Position numbers and translations under genes: made by a program. From positions 83,142,001-83,206,000 of the forward strand of contig NC_043001.1 of the NCBI RefSeq assembly GCF_006345805.1: DNA of 64,000 nt. The letters run 5' to 3'. Under the pieces are notes generated by a model. The model saw only the letters and a list, made by a program, of their open reading frames with translations, had not been told where the DNA came from and made no database searches. Origin of the DNA: Octopus sinensis (Eukaryota). Below are positions 53,190-64,000 of this stretch, in pieces (positions within the stretch are counted from its first letter, which is position 1; each line of letters begins with the position of its first letter).

Positions 53190-55160
53190 GGGTTCAGTAG
53201 ATTTGGTTGTGGTGATGGTAGAAGAGGTTAGTTGATTGGCAGAATCGAGGATAGCAGTGGTGTTCTGGAAACACGTGTCTACTTGAAGGTGGTGGCGTTG
53301 CGTGAAAAAGCCACCAGATGTCTACTAGTGGGGACGTGGCACGGAAGATCTGCATGAGATGATGGGCAAAGGAATATACATGACCGGTAGAATGGAGTGG
53401 CGGTGTATTGGTTGTGGTGGTGATGGGGGAACAGTTGCCTTCTGGTGGTGGCGGTGGGACTGAAGACTTGGTTGTGGCAAGGATGGAGGAATGGAGATGA
53501 CTGATAGAATTGAGTGTGGTATTGGTGGCGCAGGAATATATGTCTGCCGGTGGTGGTGGCGGTGCGGAAGATTTTGGTTGGGTTGACGGTAAGAGGATGG
53601 GTTAAATGTTTGGTAGCATGTGGCGTGGAGGGTGCGGTTATGTGGAGGAAATCAATGTCTATTGGCTGTGGCGAAGGTGGTGGTGGCGGTGGTGCAGAAT
53701 AGATCTGTTTATGGTGACGGGGGTTAGGTATTTGGTAGAATAGGATAAGGGCGGGTTTGCGGTGGTATGGAAATAGTTGTCTGTTGGGTGGTGGCGGCGG
53801 TGGGGGTTGATGGTGGCGGCGTGGAAATAATGTGTGAATGCCTAGAGGTAATCTTGTTAAGCAAAACACCAACCAACAAAATCTAAACAGCAAGTAAAAA
53901 GAAAACACAAAAAAAACAACAACAAAAAACTCACAAACATCTACCCCCCACCCCACCTTTGTATCACTATACCTACATCACCCGTCACTACACCATCAGG
54001 CCACAACACTATACCACCCAACCATACCATCCAACTTACCGAACCATTGATACATGTCAAAAAATATAAAGATTTGATTAATATTTTTAATGAAATACAA
54101 CAAAAAAGCATTTTATTGTTAGTTGTTGCTAATGGTGGTGGTGGTGGTGTCGGTGGCGGCGGTGGTGGTGGTGATGGTGGTGTCGGTGGTGGTGGTGGTG
54201 GTGGTGGTGGTGGGAGTGATAATGGTGGTGGTGATAGTGGTGGTGTTGGTAGTGTTGTCGTTGGTGGTGGTGTTGCTCTTGTTGGTGGTGGTAGTAGTGG
54301 TGGTAGCGGCAGTGGTGGTTACGGTAATGGTGCTAGTGTTGTTATGAATGGCAGTGACAGTGCTGTTGGTGGTTGTAATTGTGGCAGAGGCTGCAGTTGT
54401 GTTCGTGGTAGTAACGTTGGGGATTGAAGTGTTGGTTGTGGTTGTAGTGGTAATGGTAATGGTAGTGGTGTTTTTCATGTTGGTGGTTGTACTGGTGCTG
54501 GTAGTAGTTGCAGTGTTAGTGGTGGTTGTAGTGTTGGTAGTTGTAGTGGTGATGGTAGTAGTGGTATTGCTTGTAGTGTTAGTGGTGGTTGTAGTGTTAT
54601 AGTGTTAGTGGTTGTTGCAGTGGCGGTAGGGATCTTGGTGTTTGTAGTGTTGATGGTGGTTGTAGTGGTGATGGTAGTAGTAATGTTGGTCGTTGTGGTG
54701 TTGAGTGTAGTGTCTGTGGTGGTTATAGTGTCTGTGATAGTTGTAGTGTTAGTGATGGTTGTAATGTTAGTGGTGGTTGTAGTGGAGTTAGTGGTGGTAG
54801 TGCTCTTGGTGGTTGTAGTGCCTGTGGTGGTAGTGGTGTTGGTGATGATTGTAGCGTTAGTGATAGTTGTAGTGGTGATGGTAGTAGTGGTGTTGGTTGT
54901 AGTGGTTGTGGTGGTTATAGCGTTAGTGATGTTAGTACACTTGGTGGTTGTATTTGTTGGCGGTAGTTGTAGTGTTGTTGGTTATAGTGTTGGTGGTGGT
55001 GGTAGTTGTGTTGGTAGTGGAAGAGGTAATGGTGGATTAGTAGTAGTGATGGTGCTAGTAGCGGTATAAGTGGTGGTTGCAGTGGTATTGGTGGTAGTAG
55101 TTGTGTCGGTAGTTATAGAGGTGATAATCATAGTAATGATGCCGTTGTCAGTGGTAGTTG
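53190..55160. repeat. G/T-rich degenerate minisatellite and (GGT/GTA)n tracts
   Basis: Direct reading; explains the poly-V/G/T ORFs. Confidence 0.85.
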
Positions 55161-55266
55161 TTATACAATGCCTGAAAAAATGTTTGGATGGTCACGGTTA
55201 GAATAACTGATCATATGTTTACTTGAGTCAGGGTGACCAACTTGTGGTTAAGCAGCTACAACAAGT

Positions 55267-55633
55267 GGAGGCGGAGTGGCCCAATGGTTAGGGCAGCGGA
55301 CTCGCGGTCGGAGCATCGCGGTTTCGATTCCCAGACCAGGCGTTGTGTGTGTTTATTGAGCGAAACTACCTGAAGCTCCACGAGGCTCCGGCAGGGGTGG
55401 TGGCGACCCCTGTTGTACTCTTTCGCTCCAACTTTCTCTCACTCTTTCTTCCTATTTCTTGTCCCCGACTTCCTACGCAACCGCTGAGCTTGGATGCGCA
55501 TTCATCCATCCGTCGATGCTCTCGGTGTCGGGGGTTGACCTGCTTTCTCTTCTGCGGATCTTACAAATAGCAAAGGACCACGTTTCGGACTTCTCCCACT
55601 ACAGAGAAGACCGCTTCGCTCAACAAACAAACA
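55267..55633 (+). mobile_element. SINE family C, full length, (CAAA) tail
   Basis: GGCGGAGTGGCCCAATGGTTAGGGCAGCGGACTCGCGG..GTTTCGATTCCC. Confidence 0.88.
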
Positions 55634-55722
55634 AGCAGCTACGACAACAACAACAGCTCTGATATATTAACAACAGCTATATCGACATAAGTAGCGATGC
55701 AACAATTATGGGTCTTCTATAT

Positions 55723-56040
55723 AGGCGCGTGGTTATGTGGTTAGCGTATTCGGTTCAAGTTCGTAGGGTCATGAGTTCGATACCAGGCTGTGCGTCGTGT
55801 CCTAAAGCAAGGCATTTTATTTCACGTTGCTCCAGTTGACTCAGCTGGCAAAAATGAGTTGTACCTGTATTTCAAAGGGGCCAGCCTTTTCACATTCCGG
55901 ATCACACTGGATTTCCTTGGAAAACACGTTAAGAGTACGCGTGTCTCCGGAGTGCTCAGCCACTTGCACATTACTTTCACGAGTAGGCTGTTCCGTTGAT
56001 CGATTCAACTGGAACCCTCATCGTCGTAACCGACGGAGTG
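55723..56040 (+). mobile_element. SINE family D with the shared tail module
   Basis: AGGCGCGTGGTTATGTGGTTAG..GAGTTCGATACC..TTTCACGTTGCTCCAG..CCGACGGAGTG. Confidence 0.85.
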
Positions 56041-56344
56041 TGAGTTTTTTTTTTTAATGGGTCTTCCGTCTGTTTCGACGATGAGCATTTGATACTTCGC
56101 TCAACTCAACTACCAACCCGTTAAATAAGCGTGTAAGTGGCCGAGCATTCGAACGAGACTTGACGAAATTCTCCTGTCAAATCAGCGTGACGTGATATTC
56201 GACAAGAGTGGCTCTTTTAATTACGGGCATAACCCACTGGAAAGTTTCCCTCTACCCAGTTTCTCTCACAAGGTTTGGGTACTCCAGCCTAGGGGCTATG
56301 ATTAAAACATTTACCAAAGATATCACACCGTCGAACCTGGCTTA

Positions 56345-56892
56345 TGGTGTTGGTGTTGGAGGTGGGGGTTGCAGTGGTGAGGTGGTAGTGATTATGGTGG
56401 TGTTAGTGGTTATGATGAAGGTTGTAGTAGTGGTGTTGGTGTTGGTGGTGATGATGATGATGGTGGTAGTGGTAGCAGTGATGGTATTGTGGTGGTGGTA
56501 GTGAGGCAGTAAAGATGGTGGTGTTGGTAGTGGTGGTGGCGATGATGGTGGTGCTGGTGGTGGTGGTAGTGAAGCGGCAGGGTGATGGTGTTGGTGTTAG
56601 TGTTGTTGTTGTTGGTGGTGGTGGTGGAAGTGAGGCGGTAGGGATGGTGGTGTTGGTGGTGGTGGTGGAAGTGAGGCAGTGGTGTTGGTGTTAGTGTTGT
56701 TGTTGTTGGTGGTGGTGGTGGTTGTGGTGGTGGTGGTGGTAGTGCTGATAGTGGTGGTCGTCGTCGTGGTGGTCGTGGTAGTGAGGCGGTAGGGCTGGTG
56801 GTGTTGGTGGTGATGATGGTGGTGGTGGTGGTGTTGATGATGATGGTGGTGGTGGTGGTAGTAGTGAGACGGTAGTGATAGTAGTGTTGTTG

Positions 56893-56924
<32 letters not shown>

Positions 56925-57609
56925 GGTGATGATGAGGTGATGACAATCAGTGAAGTTTGACAGACAACTTCAAAATTTGTAATCTTCAGCCATGTCAGTT
57001 TCTCATGTTGTAAAGGTGTGAGGGAGGGAAGAGGTAGGGTTATGGAGGTGGAAGTATATTGCAATGGTGAGGCGGTGAAGGCAGAGGGAGTAGAGAGAGT
57101 GAGTGAGAGAGAGAGAAAGAGATGGGGAGTGTCACTGAGTGTGCGAATGAGTGAGAAGGGGAGCGTGAGGTGAGACGGGGTGTGTGAGTGAGGGAAAGAG
57201 AGAGGGGTGAGTTACAGAGAGAGAAGCATAGGGTGGGTGAGAAAGATAGAAAGTCAGGGTAAGACAGACAGGAGTGCGTGAGTGAGAGAGGAGTAGGGAT
57301 GGAGAGTGAGTGAGAAGGAGAATGGAAAGTGAGCGTGTGTAAGGAGAGAAGTAGGGAGTGAGTTAGAGAGAGAAAAGGTGAGCGACAAGGACAGAGAGAA
57401 AACGGTAGGGAGAAAAATAGAAAAGGGGGACGTGAGTGAGAGAAGTGGGGGTGAATGAGAAAGAGAGACGAGAGGGTGAGGGAGAGAGAAGGTGAGAATG
57501 GGTGAGAAACAGAGAGAGAGAGAGAGAGAGAAAAGATTACGGTGTATGAGGGAGAGAAATAGAGGAGCAAGGTAACCGCGAGGGAGAGGGAGAAACGGAG
57601 GGTGAATAT

Positions 57610-57654
<45 letters not shown>

Positions 57655-57840
57655 TGAGTGAGAGATGGAAGTAGAGAGTGAGTTAGAGAGAGAAAGTGAG
57701 GGCGAGTGAGTGAGAGAAGACAATATCAGAATACAAAGAGAAAGGGTGAGGGACAGAAACGGAGGGAGAAAGAGAGGGGAAGGAAGAGAGGGAGAGAGAG
57801 AGGGGTAGATAGACCGATAAAGTGAGAGAAGTAAAAAAAA
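56345..57840. repeat. (GGT)n tract followed by a ~770-bp GA-rich polypurine tract
   Basis: Direct reading; ORF 57040-57951 is an LS-rich artefact. Confidence 0.9.
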
Positions 57841-58082
57841 AAAGAGTAGCAATGAAAACAGAAGCTCCAAAAATCTTATATACTGTAATATACTCTTAAA
57901 TATGTGTGTATTACGGTATATGAGGCGGTGCTCAAGCATGGCCACAGTCAAATGATTAAAACAAACAACGGAATAAAAGAATTACATGTATATGTTTATA
58001 TATGCATACATACAGATATATGTATGTGCGTGTGTATGTGTGTGTATGTAATTGTATTTATATATAAATATATCTATCTATG

Positions 58083-58123
<41 letters not shown>

Positions 58124-58244
58124 GTCTGTCTGTTCTTTGTTGTTTTTCATGCATTTCTGCATACAGCTTCTTGATTAGCCGTCCATATTGTGGTGTGGGC
58201 AATAATGCTGGCTTTTGTGGTTTTTCCTGCGGCTGTTGTTGTTG

Positions 58245-58563
58245 TTGTGATGACCGAGGTTACCGTGGTCTTTTCCGTAGGCTTTTCTTTCCACGGGTAA
58301 ACCTCACCTGTCCTCCCCTTTACACTTCATATTGACATTTCTGTGATTACGATCTCTATTGATCAACTTTTTTCCTCTCCCCTTTCCTTTTTTTTTCCTC
58401 TCTCCCCCTTTTTTAAAATTCTCCCCTTTTTTGTCCTCTTTCTTTCCTTTTACGATCCCTTTTGATCGAAAACCAACCCCCCCTTTTTTTACCCCCCAAA
58501 GAAAAGCTCTACCTTGTAATTTGTTCTGTCTGTGTGCAGCCCTGTGTGGCTAATAAAGAAACA
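58245..58563 (+). mobile_element. Probable LINE (L1/Tx1-like) 3' UTR fragment
   Basis: Stem GAGGTTACCGTGG/CCACGGGTAAACCTC, pyrimidine tract, and AATAAAGAAACA end abutting (TCTG)n; clade assignment is an inference. Confidence 0.5.
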
Positions 58564-58604
58564 TATCTGTCTGTCTGTCTGTCTGTCTGTCTATATTTAT
58601 ATAC

Positions 58605-58818
58605 ACGAGGGGGTGCGATAAAGACGCTGGTTTTGGGCAAAAGAAAACACAGGAGGATCAGTTAATTATCATTTCATTCAACATACACTTCTCTCACATT
58701 CACACACTTATTGCAGCAGTCCTTCAGTTCTAAGCTCTGTAAAAAAAACTCAGAAAGCTGTGCCTCCAGCCAGGCCTTTCGCGATACACTTAAAGCCAGG
58801 GATTTTTCTGCCCGCCCC

Positions 58819-58822
<4 letters not shown>
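58605..58822. mobile_element. Mariner-type MITE
   Basis: Imperfect TIRs ACGAGGGGGTGCGATAAAGACGCTGGTTTT / AAAGCCAGGGATTTTTCTGCCCGCCCCCCTT in a TA context. Confidence 0.65.
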
Positions 58823-58857
<35 letters not shown>

Positions 58858-58861
58858 TACA

Positions 58862-59134
58862 TGTGGAGTATGTGGTTAGAGCAGCGGACTAGTGGTCGTA
58901 GGATCGCGGTTTCGATTCCCAGACCGGACGTTGTGAGTGTTTATTGAGCGAAAACACCTAGAGCTCCACAAGGCTCCGGCAGGGTGGGGGGGCACTCCCA
59001 GCTGTACTCTTTCGCCACAACTTTCTCTCACTCTTTTTTTCTGTTGCCTGCTCGCTTAGCCAGCGGGGTGGCGTCATTTGAAGGCTAAAAACATGCGAAG
59101 TGCACTGTGATCAGCGATGTGTAACAACATCTGA
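58862..59134 (+). mobile_element. SINE family C
   Basis: TGGTTAGAGCAGCGGACT..GTTTCGATTCCCAGACCGG..GCTCCACAAGGCTCCGGCAGGG. Confidence 0.87.
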
Positions 59135-59210
59135 TATATATATATATATATATAAATATATTATATATATATATATATATAAGAGAGAGAGAGAGAGAGA
59201 GAGAAGAGAG

Positions 59211-59280
<70 letters not shown>

Positions 59281-59362
59281 GGATAAGATCGTTAATTTAA
59301 ATATCGATCTTATCAAGTGGTCAGCATGGGAATAAAAACCTTCAAAGGTAATAATTATTATT

Positions 59363-59614
59363 AAAATTATAGTTTAGGGTATCTAAGAGATACCTCCACG
59401 CTGGAAATAGCAGCCAAAACTTGACTCTAAAACCACATTAAATGTTCATACAGCACCAGGAGAGAACAAAGGACAAAATAAACTAGCAAAAAATTACTTT
59501 ATTTTGTCCTTTGTTCTTCTCCCCGGGTGCTGTATGAACATTTAATGTGGTTTTAGAGTTTTGGCTGCTATTTCCAGCGTGGAGGTATCTCTTAGATTCC
59601 CTGAATTATAATTT
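59363..59614. repeat. ~250-bp near-perfect palindrome
   Basis: ATCTAAGAGATACCTCCACGCTGGAAATAGCAGCCAAAAC..GAACAAAGGACAAAATAAA and its reverse complement, with a ~15-nt loop. Confidence 0.95.
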
Positions 59615-59628
59615 ATATATATATATAT

Positions 59629-59678
<50 letters not shown>

Positions 59679-59839
59679 AGAGTGAGAGAGAGAGAGAGAC
59701 ACTCACACATACACAGGTATATGTGCCAATAAAACTTTTAAGTAATTTTGTGGAGCCGAGTCGAGCTGTTATGAAATACGTGACAACAACTAGGTGTTAC
59801 GACTGCTACCGGCTTTCGTTTGTTCAGTCACCCGTATGG

Positions 59840-59857
59840 GCATGTGCATGTATGTGT

Positions 59858-59932
<75 letters not shown>

Positions 59933-59951
59933 GTATATGTGTGTATATGTG

Positions 59952-59983
<32 letters not shown>

Positions 59984-60032
59984 CATGTATGTGTGTGTGA
60001 GTGTGTGTGTGTGTGTGTGGTGTGTGTGTATA

Positions 60033-60069
<37 letters not shown>

Positions 60070-60070
60070 T
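59840..60070. repeat. (TG)n
   Basis: Direct reading. Confidence 0.95.
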
Positions 60071-60416
60071 AGGGCATATATGCGCCTCCATACACTGAAG
60101 CACAGAAGCAAACACCCAAACACAATTGAAGTCGAGGAAACTATATCAGGAGAGCGCTTACATGCTCACATTAAAGGTATGATAGAGTTTATATAACACA
60201 GACATATGTTATATAGAGAGATGAAACCTACATTTATTGTATAACATGTACAGCATCTTAGCGTCTGAGTATATTTAGCATGTAGAACGAACACTCCTCT
60301 TATATATTTTCTCTCCTTTATCCTTATTCCTGGGGATGAAAGAAAAATATTCGCTATTATTTTGAAGTGCTATTTATTATAGCACTCGCAAATAATAATA
60401 GGAACAACAACAATAA

Positions 60417-61300
60417 TTCTTTCTAGTAGAAGCATAAGGCCTCATCTTTAGGGGGAGGGATTAAATCAATTACATCGACCCCAGTGCGTAACTGGTACGT
60501 AATTTATCGACCCCGAAGTGATGAAATGCGAAGTCGACCCCGACGGCATTTGAACTCTGAATGTAGCGGCAGATGAAATACCGATAAGCATTTCGCCCGG
60601 CATGCTAACGATTCTTATTTCTTTACTACCCACAAAGGGCTACACACAGAGGTGACATACAAGGACAGACAAACGGATTATATCGACCCCAGTGCGTAAC
60701 TGGTACTTATTTAATCGACCCCGAAAGGATGAAAGGCAAAGTCGACCTCGGCGGCATTTGAACTCAGAACGTAGTGGCAGACGAAATACCTTTTTCTTTA
60801 CTGCCCACAAGGGGCTACACACAGAGGGGACAAACAAGGACAGACGAACGGATTAAGTCGATTATATCGACCCTAGTGTGTAAATGGTACTTATTTAATC
60901 GACCCCAAAATGATGAAAGGCAAAGTCGACCTCGGCGGAATTTGAGCTCAGAACGCAGCGGCGGACGAAATACCAGAAAGCATTTCGCCCGGCGTGATAA
61001 CGATTCTGCCAGTTCACCACCTTATTGAACAATAACAATAATAATGATAATCTTTTCTACTAAAGGCACAAGGTGTGAAATTTTTGTGGTAGGGGATAAG
61101 CCCATTACATCGACCCCCAGTGTTTCATTGGTATTTAATTTATCATCCCGAAAGGATGAAAGAGCAAAGTCGATCTCGGTGGAATTTGAATTCAGAACGC
61201 AAGGACGGACGAAATGCCGCTTAATGTTTTGCCTGCCGTGCTAACGATTCGGCTACCTCGCCGCCTTAATAATAATAATAATATAATATATAATAAAATA

Positions 61301-61335
<35 letters not shown>

Positions 61336-61359
61336 TGATGATATAATAATATAATAATA

Positions 61360-61396
<37 letters not shown>

Positions 61397-61662
61397 CATA
61401 ATAATCATTCCTACTATAGTCAAAAGCCTGAAATTTTGGGGGAGGGGGTTAGTCGATTTAATCGACCCCAATACTCAACTGGTACTTATTTTATCGACCT
61501 CAAATGGATGAAAGGCAAAGTCGTTCTTGGTGAAATTTTAACTCAAAAAGTGCAGACAGTCGAAAAGCCTCTAAGGATTTCGACCGGAATTTGAACTCAG
61601 AACACAAACACGGACGAATGCATTTTGTCGGACATGCTAACGATTCTTCCAGCTCGCTGCCT
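60417..61662 (-). mobile_element. SINE family B cluster (5 bodies, partly tandem, with TAA spacers)
   Basis: Repeated family B body at ~60510, 60720, 60905, 61150 and 61500. Confidence 0.88.
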
Positions 61663-61864
61663 ACAGTATAAATAGATATACCAGACTGTGGTTCCTATTT
61701 ACAGTTTACTGGACACTGCATTGCTGCCTTGGTCATGAACTCAGTACAGAGGGATATATCATACTCTAGTACCTATTTACAGCCAACTAGACTGGACATT
61801 GTAGCACCCGCTTATTTCTGAATGGACTGGACTGCGAAATATCTTCATTGTTGATATATGGGCA

Positions 61865-62020
61865 TAGGCGTGGCTGTGTGGTAAAAAGCTTGCGTTCCAA
61901 TCACATGGTTCTGGGTTCAGTCCCACTACGTGGCACCTTGGGCAAGTGTCTTCTACTATAGCCTCGAACCGACCAAAGTTTTGTGAATGGATTTGGAAGA
62001 CGGAAAGTGAAAGAAGCCCG

Positions 62021-62022
<2 letters not shown>
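61865..62022 (+). mobile_element. SINE family A, 5' half
   Basis: AGGCGTGGCTGTGTGGTAA..GGGTTCAGTCCC..AAGAAGCCCGTC. Confidence 0.88.
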
Positions 62023-62068
<46 letters not shown>

Positions 62069-62951
62069 TATATATATATACGAGTGAGTAGACAAAAAGA
62101 TGGACACTCAGTAATTTATTGTAAGTTACCTGTATGGATCAAAACGTTTGATTCAAATTCCTTGATACTCTTCAGTTTCAAGCGTGATGCTAGTCTTAAG
62201 TCATTTTGAATTTGAATGACACAAGTTTATTTTTATTACCGTAAGGTGGACTGCAATTGGTCAAGGACGGTCACACGGTGTTGGTATGTATGTAATGCTG
62301 GTATGTCGGTAACAGTTAGTTGGAAAATACCGCATGATGAACTGGAAATTAACGCATAAAAGAATAAAAGCATTGTACAGTGAGATGTCACACTGCTCTA
62401 CCTACATATAGCTCGCTTGAATAGATTAGTAAATGTCTTGGTCATAAACATAGTACCACACTCTGATATCTACTCACAGTTGACAGGTCTGTATTACTAT
62501 TTATGATTAAATCGTGGAGATGAAACGACAGAATATGTACAGTGTCAAGGTAAACGTTCGGTGGTGTGAATTTGTGTCCTTATAAGTTCTAGATACAAAT
62601 CTTACGTTTATAATTATAATTATTCTTATCACTAGTCTTAACCAGAAATCTTTCTCTGTTCCTAGTATCGCATATATTTGTTTCATATGGATTTCTGATA
62701 ACATTTAGCTCTAATGTGCGCATGAGGGAGTGTATGCATGTTCTAGATACATGTACATTTCTGTATATTTTGATTATTACACGTTATCTTTGGACTGATA
62801 TATCCATCTTTCCACCCATCCATCCATCAATCCATCCATCTATCCATCAATCCATCCATCCATCCATCCATCCATCCATCCATACATACATACATACATA
62901 ATACATACATACATACATACATACATACATACATACATAATACTTAGATAA

Positions 62952-63283
62952 AGACCCCCTTCGGTCATGAATGACCACCAGATTGCACCTAGAAAGTTAC
63001 CCTCCGAGGCACAAGTCCGGGTAATGTTGGAAATGAAAGACCAGCAGTCGCCCATGTATACCAGCCTCCCCTATCCATACCACTGATGTTTTCAAAGGGA
63101 AAAGCAATGTCCGATACAGCTTGGTACCAGTGACTTCGCAACTCATTTCTACAGTTGAGTGAAACAGAGCAACCTGAAATAAAGTGTCTTGCTCAAGAAC
63201 ACAACACACAGCTCGGTCCGGGAATCGAACTCACTACATCATGATTGTGAGCCCGGTGCTCTAACCACAGAGCCATGCGCCTT
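62952..63283 (-). mobile_element. SINE family D
   Basis: Reverse complement is homologous to 9827-10120. Confidence 0.88.
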
Positions 63284-63334
63284 CATTACATGCATACATA
63301 CATACATACATACATACATACATACATACATACA

Positions 63335-63365
<31 letters not shown>

Positions 63366-63375
63366 GTATATACGT

Positions 63376-63860
63376 ATGAAATACTGGTGGGATATTACCA
63401 TCAAAACTTCTGTCAAATGTAAACATAACAGGCCGGATATTGTTGTTTGGGACAGAGGGGCAAAGGTATGTACCATCATGGAGGTCAGCTACCCTGCATC
63501 TATAAATATCTCTTTGAAAATCAAAGAAAATGAGGATATCTATGGACAACTGCTTCAAAACCTCCAGCTTCTATATCCAATTCATACCAATAATAGTTGG
63601 AGCACTAGGCTTTGTTAGTAAATGCTTAAAGGAGAACCTGAATAAACTGGGATTTTCAGAATGAGAAATCGACCGGCTAATTCGCACATTACAAGTACAG
63701 TCTGTGAGTGGAACAGTAAGAATATGCAAGACTTTTCTCCAGTTCCAAATGTGAATTTGTCTTGTGTTAACTACATCTCGAAGATGGAGCCTTGTATCTT
63801 TGTTGGAAATGGCTCCCTCCTCAGTTGAAGATTTATAGTAATTAAGAAATAGAAGAGACA
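63376..63860 (+). mobile_element. 3' end of an R4-clade LINE (RLE domain and 3' UTR) inserted in (CATA)n
   Basis: YWWDITIKT..KHNRPDIVVWD..IMEVSYP..FIPIIVGALG..GTVRICKTFLQFQM*; flanked by (CATA)n on both sides. Confidence 0.88.
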
Positions 63861-64000
63861 CATACATACATACATACATACATACATACATACATACATA
63901 CATGATGATTGCCTCATCTTGTCAGATGGAAGCCATTTCACTTTCATCCTCTTTGTTCTGATTTACTTTCATTTCTACATGTGCGCGGATATGACTCCTC

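Noticed and set aside
55267-55342. tRNA gene
   Set aside because: The tRNA-like head continues into a SINE body, has an imperfect cloverleaf and is multi-copy.
57040-57951. 303-aa ORF, the longest in the window
   Set aside because: Antisense of a GA-rich tract; low-complexity LS/LP.
62080-62480. Possible MITE (TGAGTAGA.../...TCTACTCA)
   Set aside because: Terminal match too short and degenerate to support.

Overview
Eukaryotic, AT-rich, non-genic (intronic or intergenic) DNA, most likely from an octopus genome; this is inferred from the extreme microsatellite load and the repeat families. No host protein-coding exon can be supported, and nearly all ORFs in the track are translations of simple repeats. 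The window is a mosaic of: four tRNA-derived SINE families (called A-D here, about 40 copies or fragments); decayed R4/Dong-type (RLE) LINEs; two Penelope-like (PLE) elements; a non-autonomous Helitron; Tc1/mariner-type MITEs; a Chapaev-like transposase relic; and a 100-N gap. The most notable hidden signal is a set of minimal type I hammerhead ribozyme (HHR) motifs, each with a palindromic stem III. Two of them (22257-22301 minus; 40372-40420 plus) cap ~130-nt G-U-rich rod-like stems in unrelated non-coding units. One of those units is a ~307-bp hairpin-rich insertion that interrupts a LINE RT and is a candidate ribozyme-bearing non-autonomous retroelement. All alignments and folds were done by eye; repeat boundaries are approximate.
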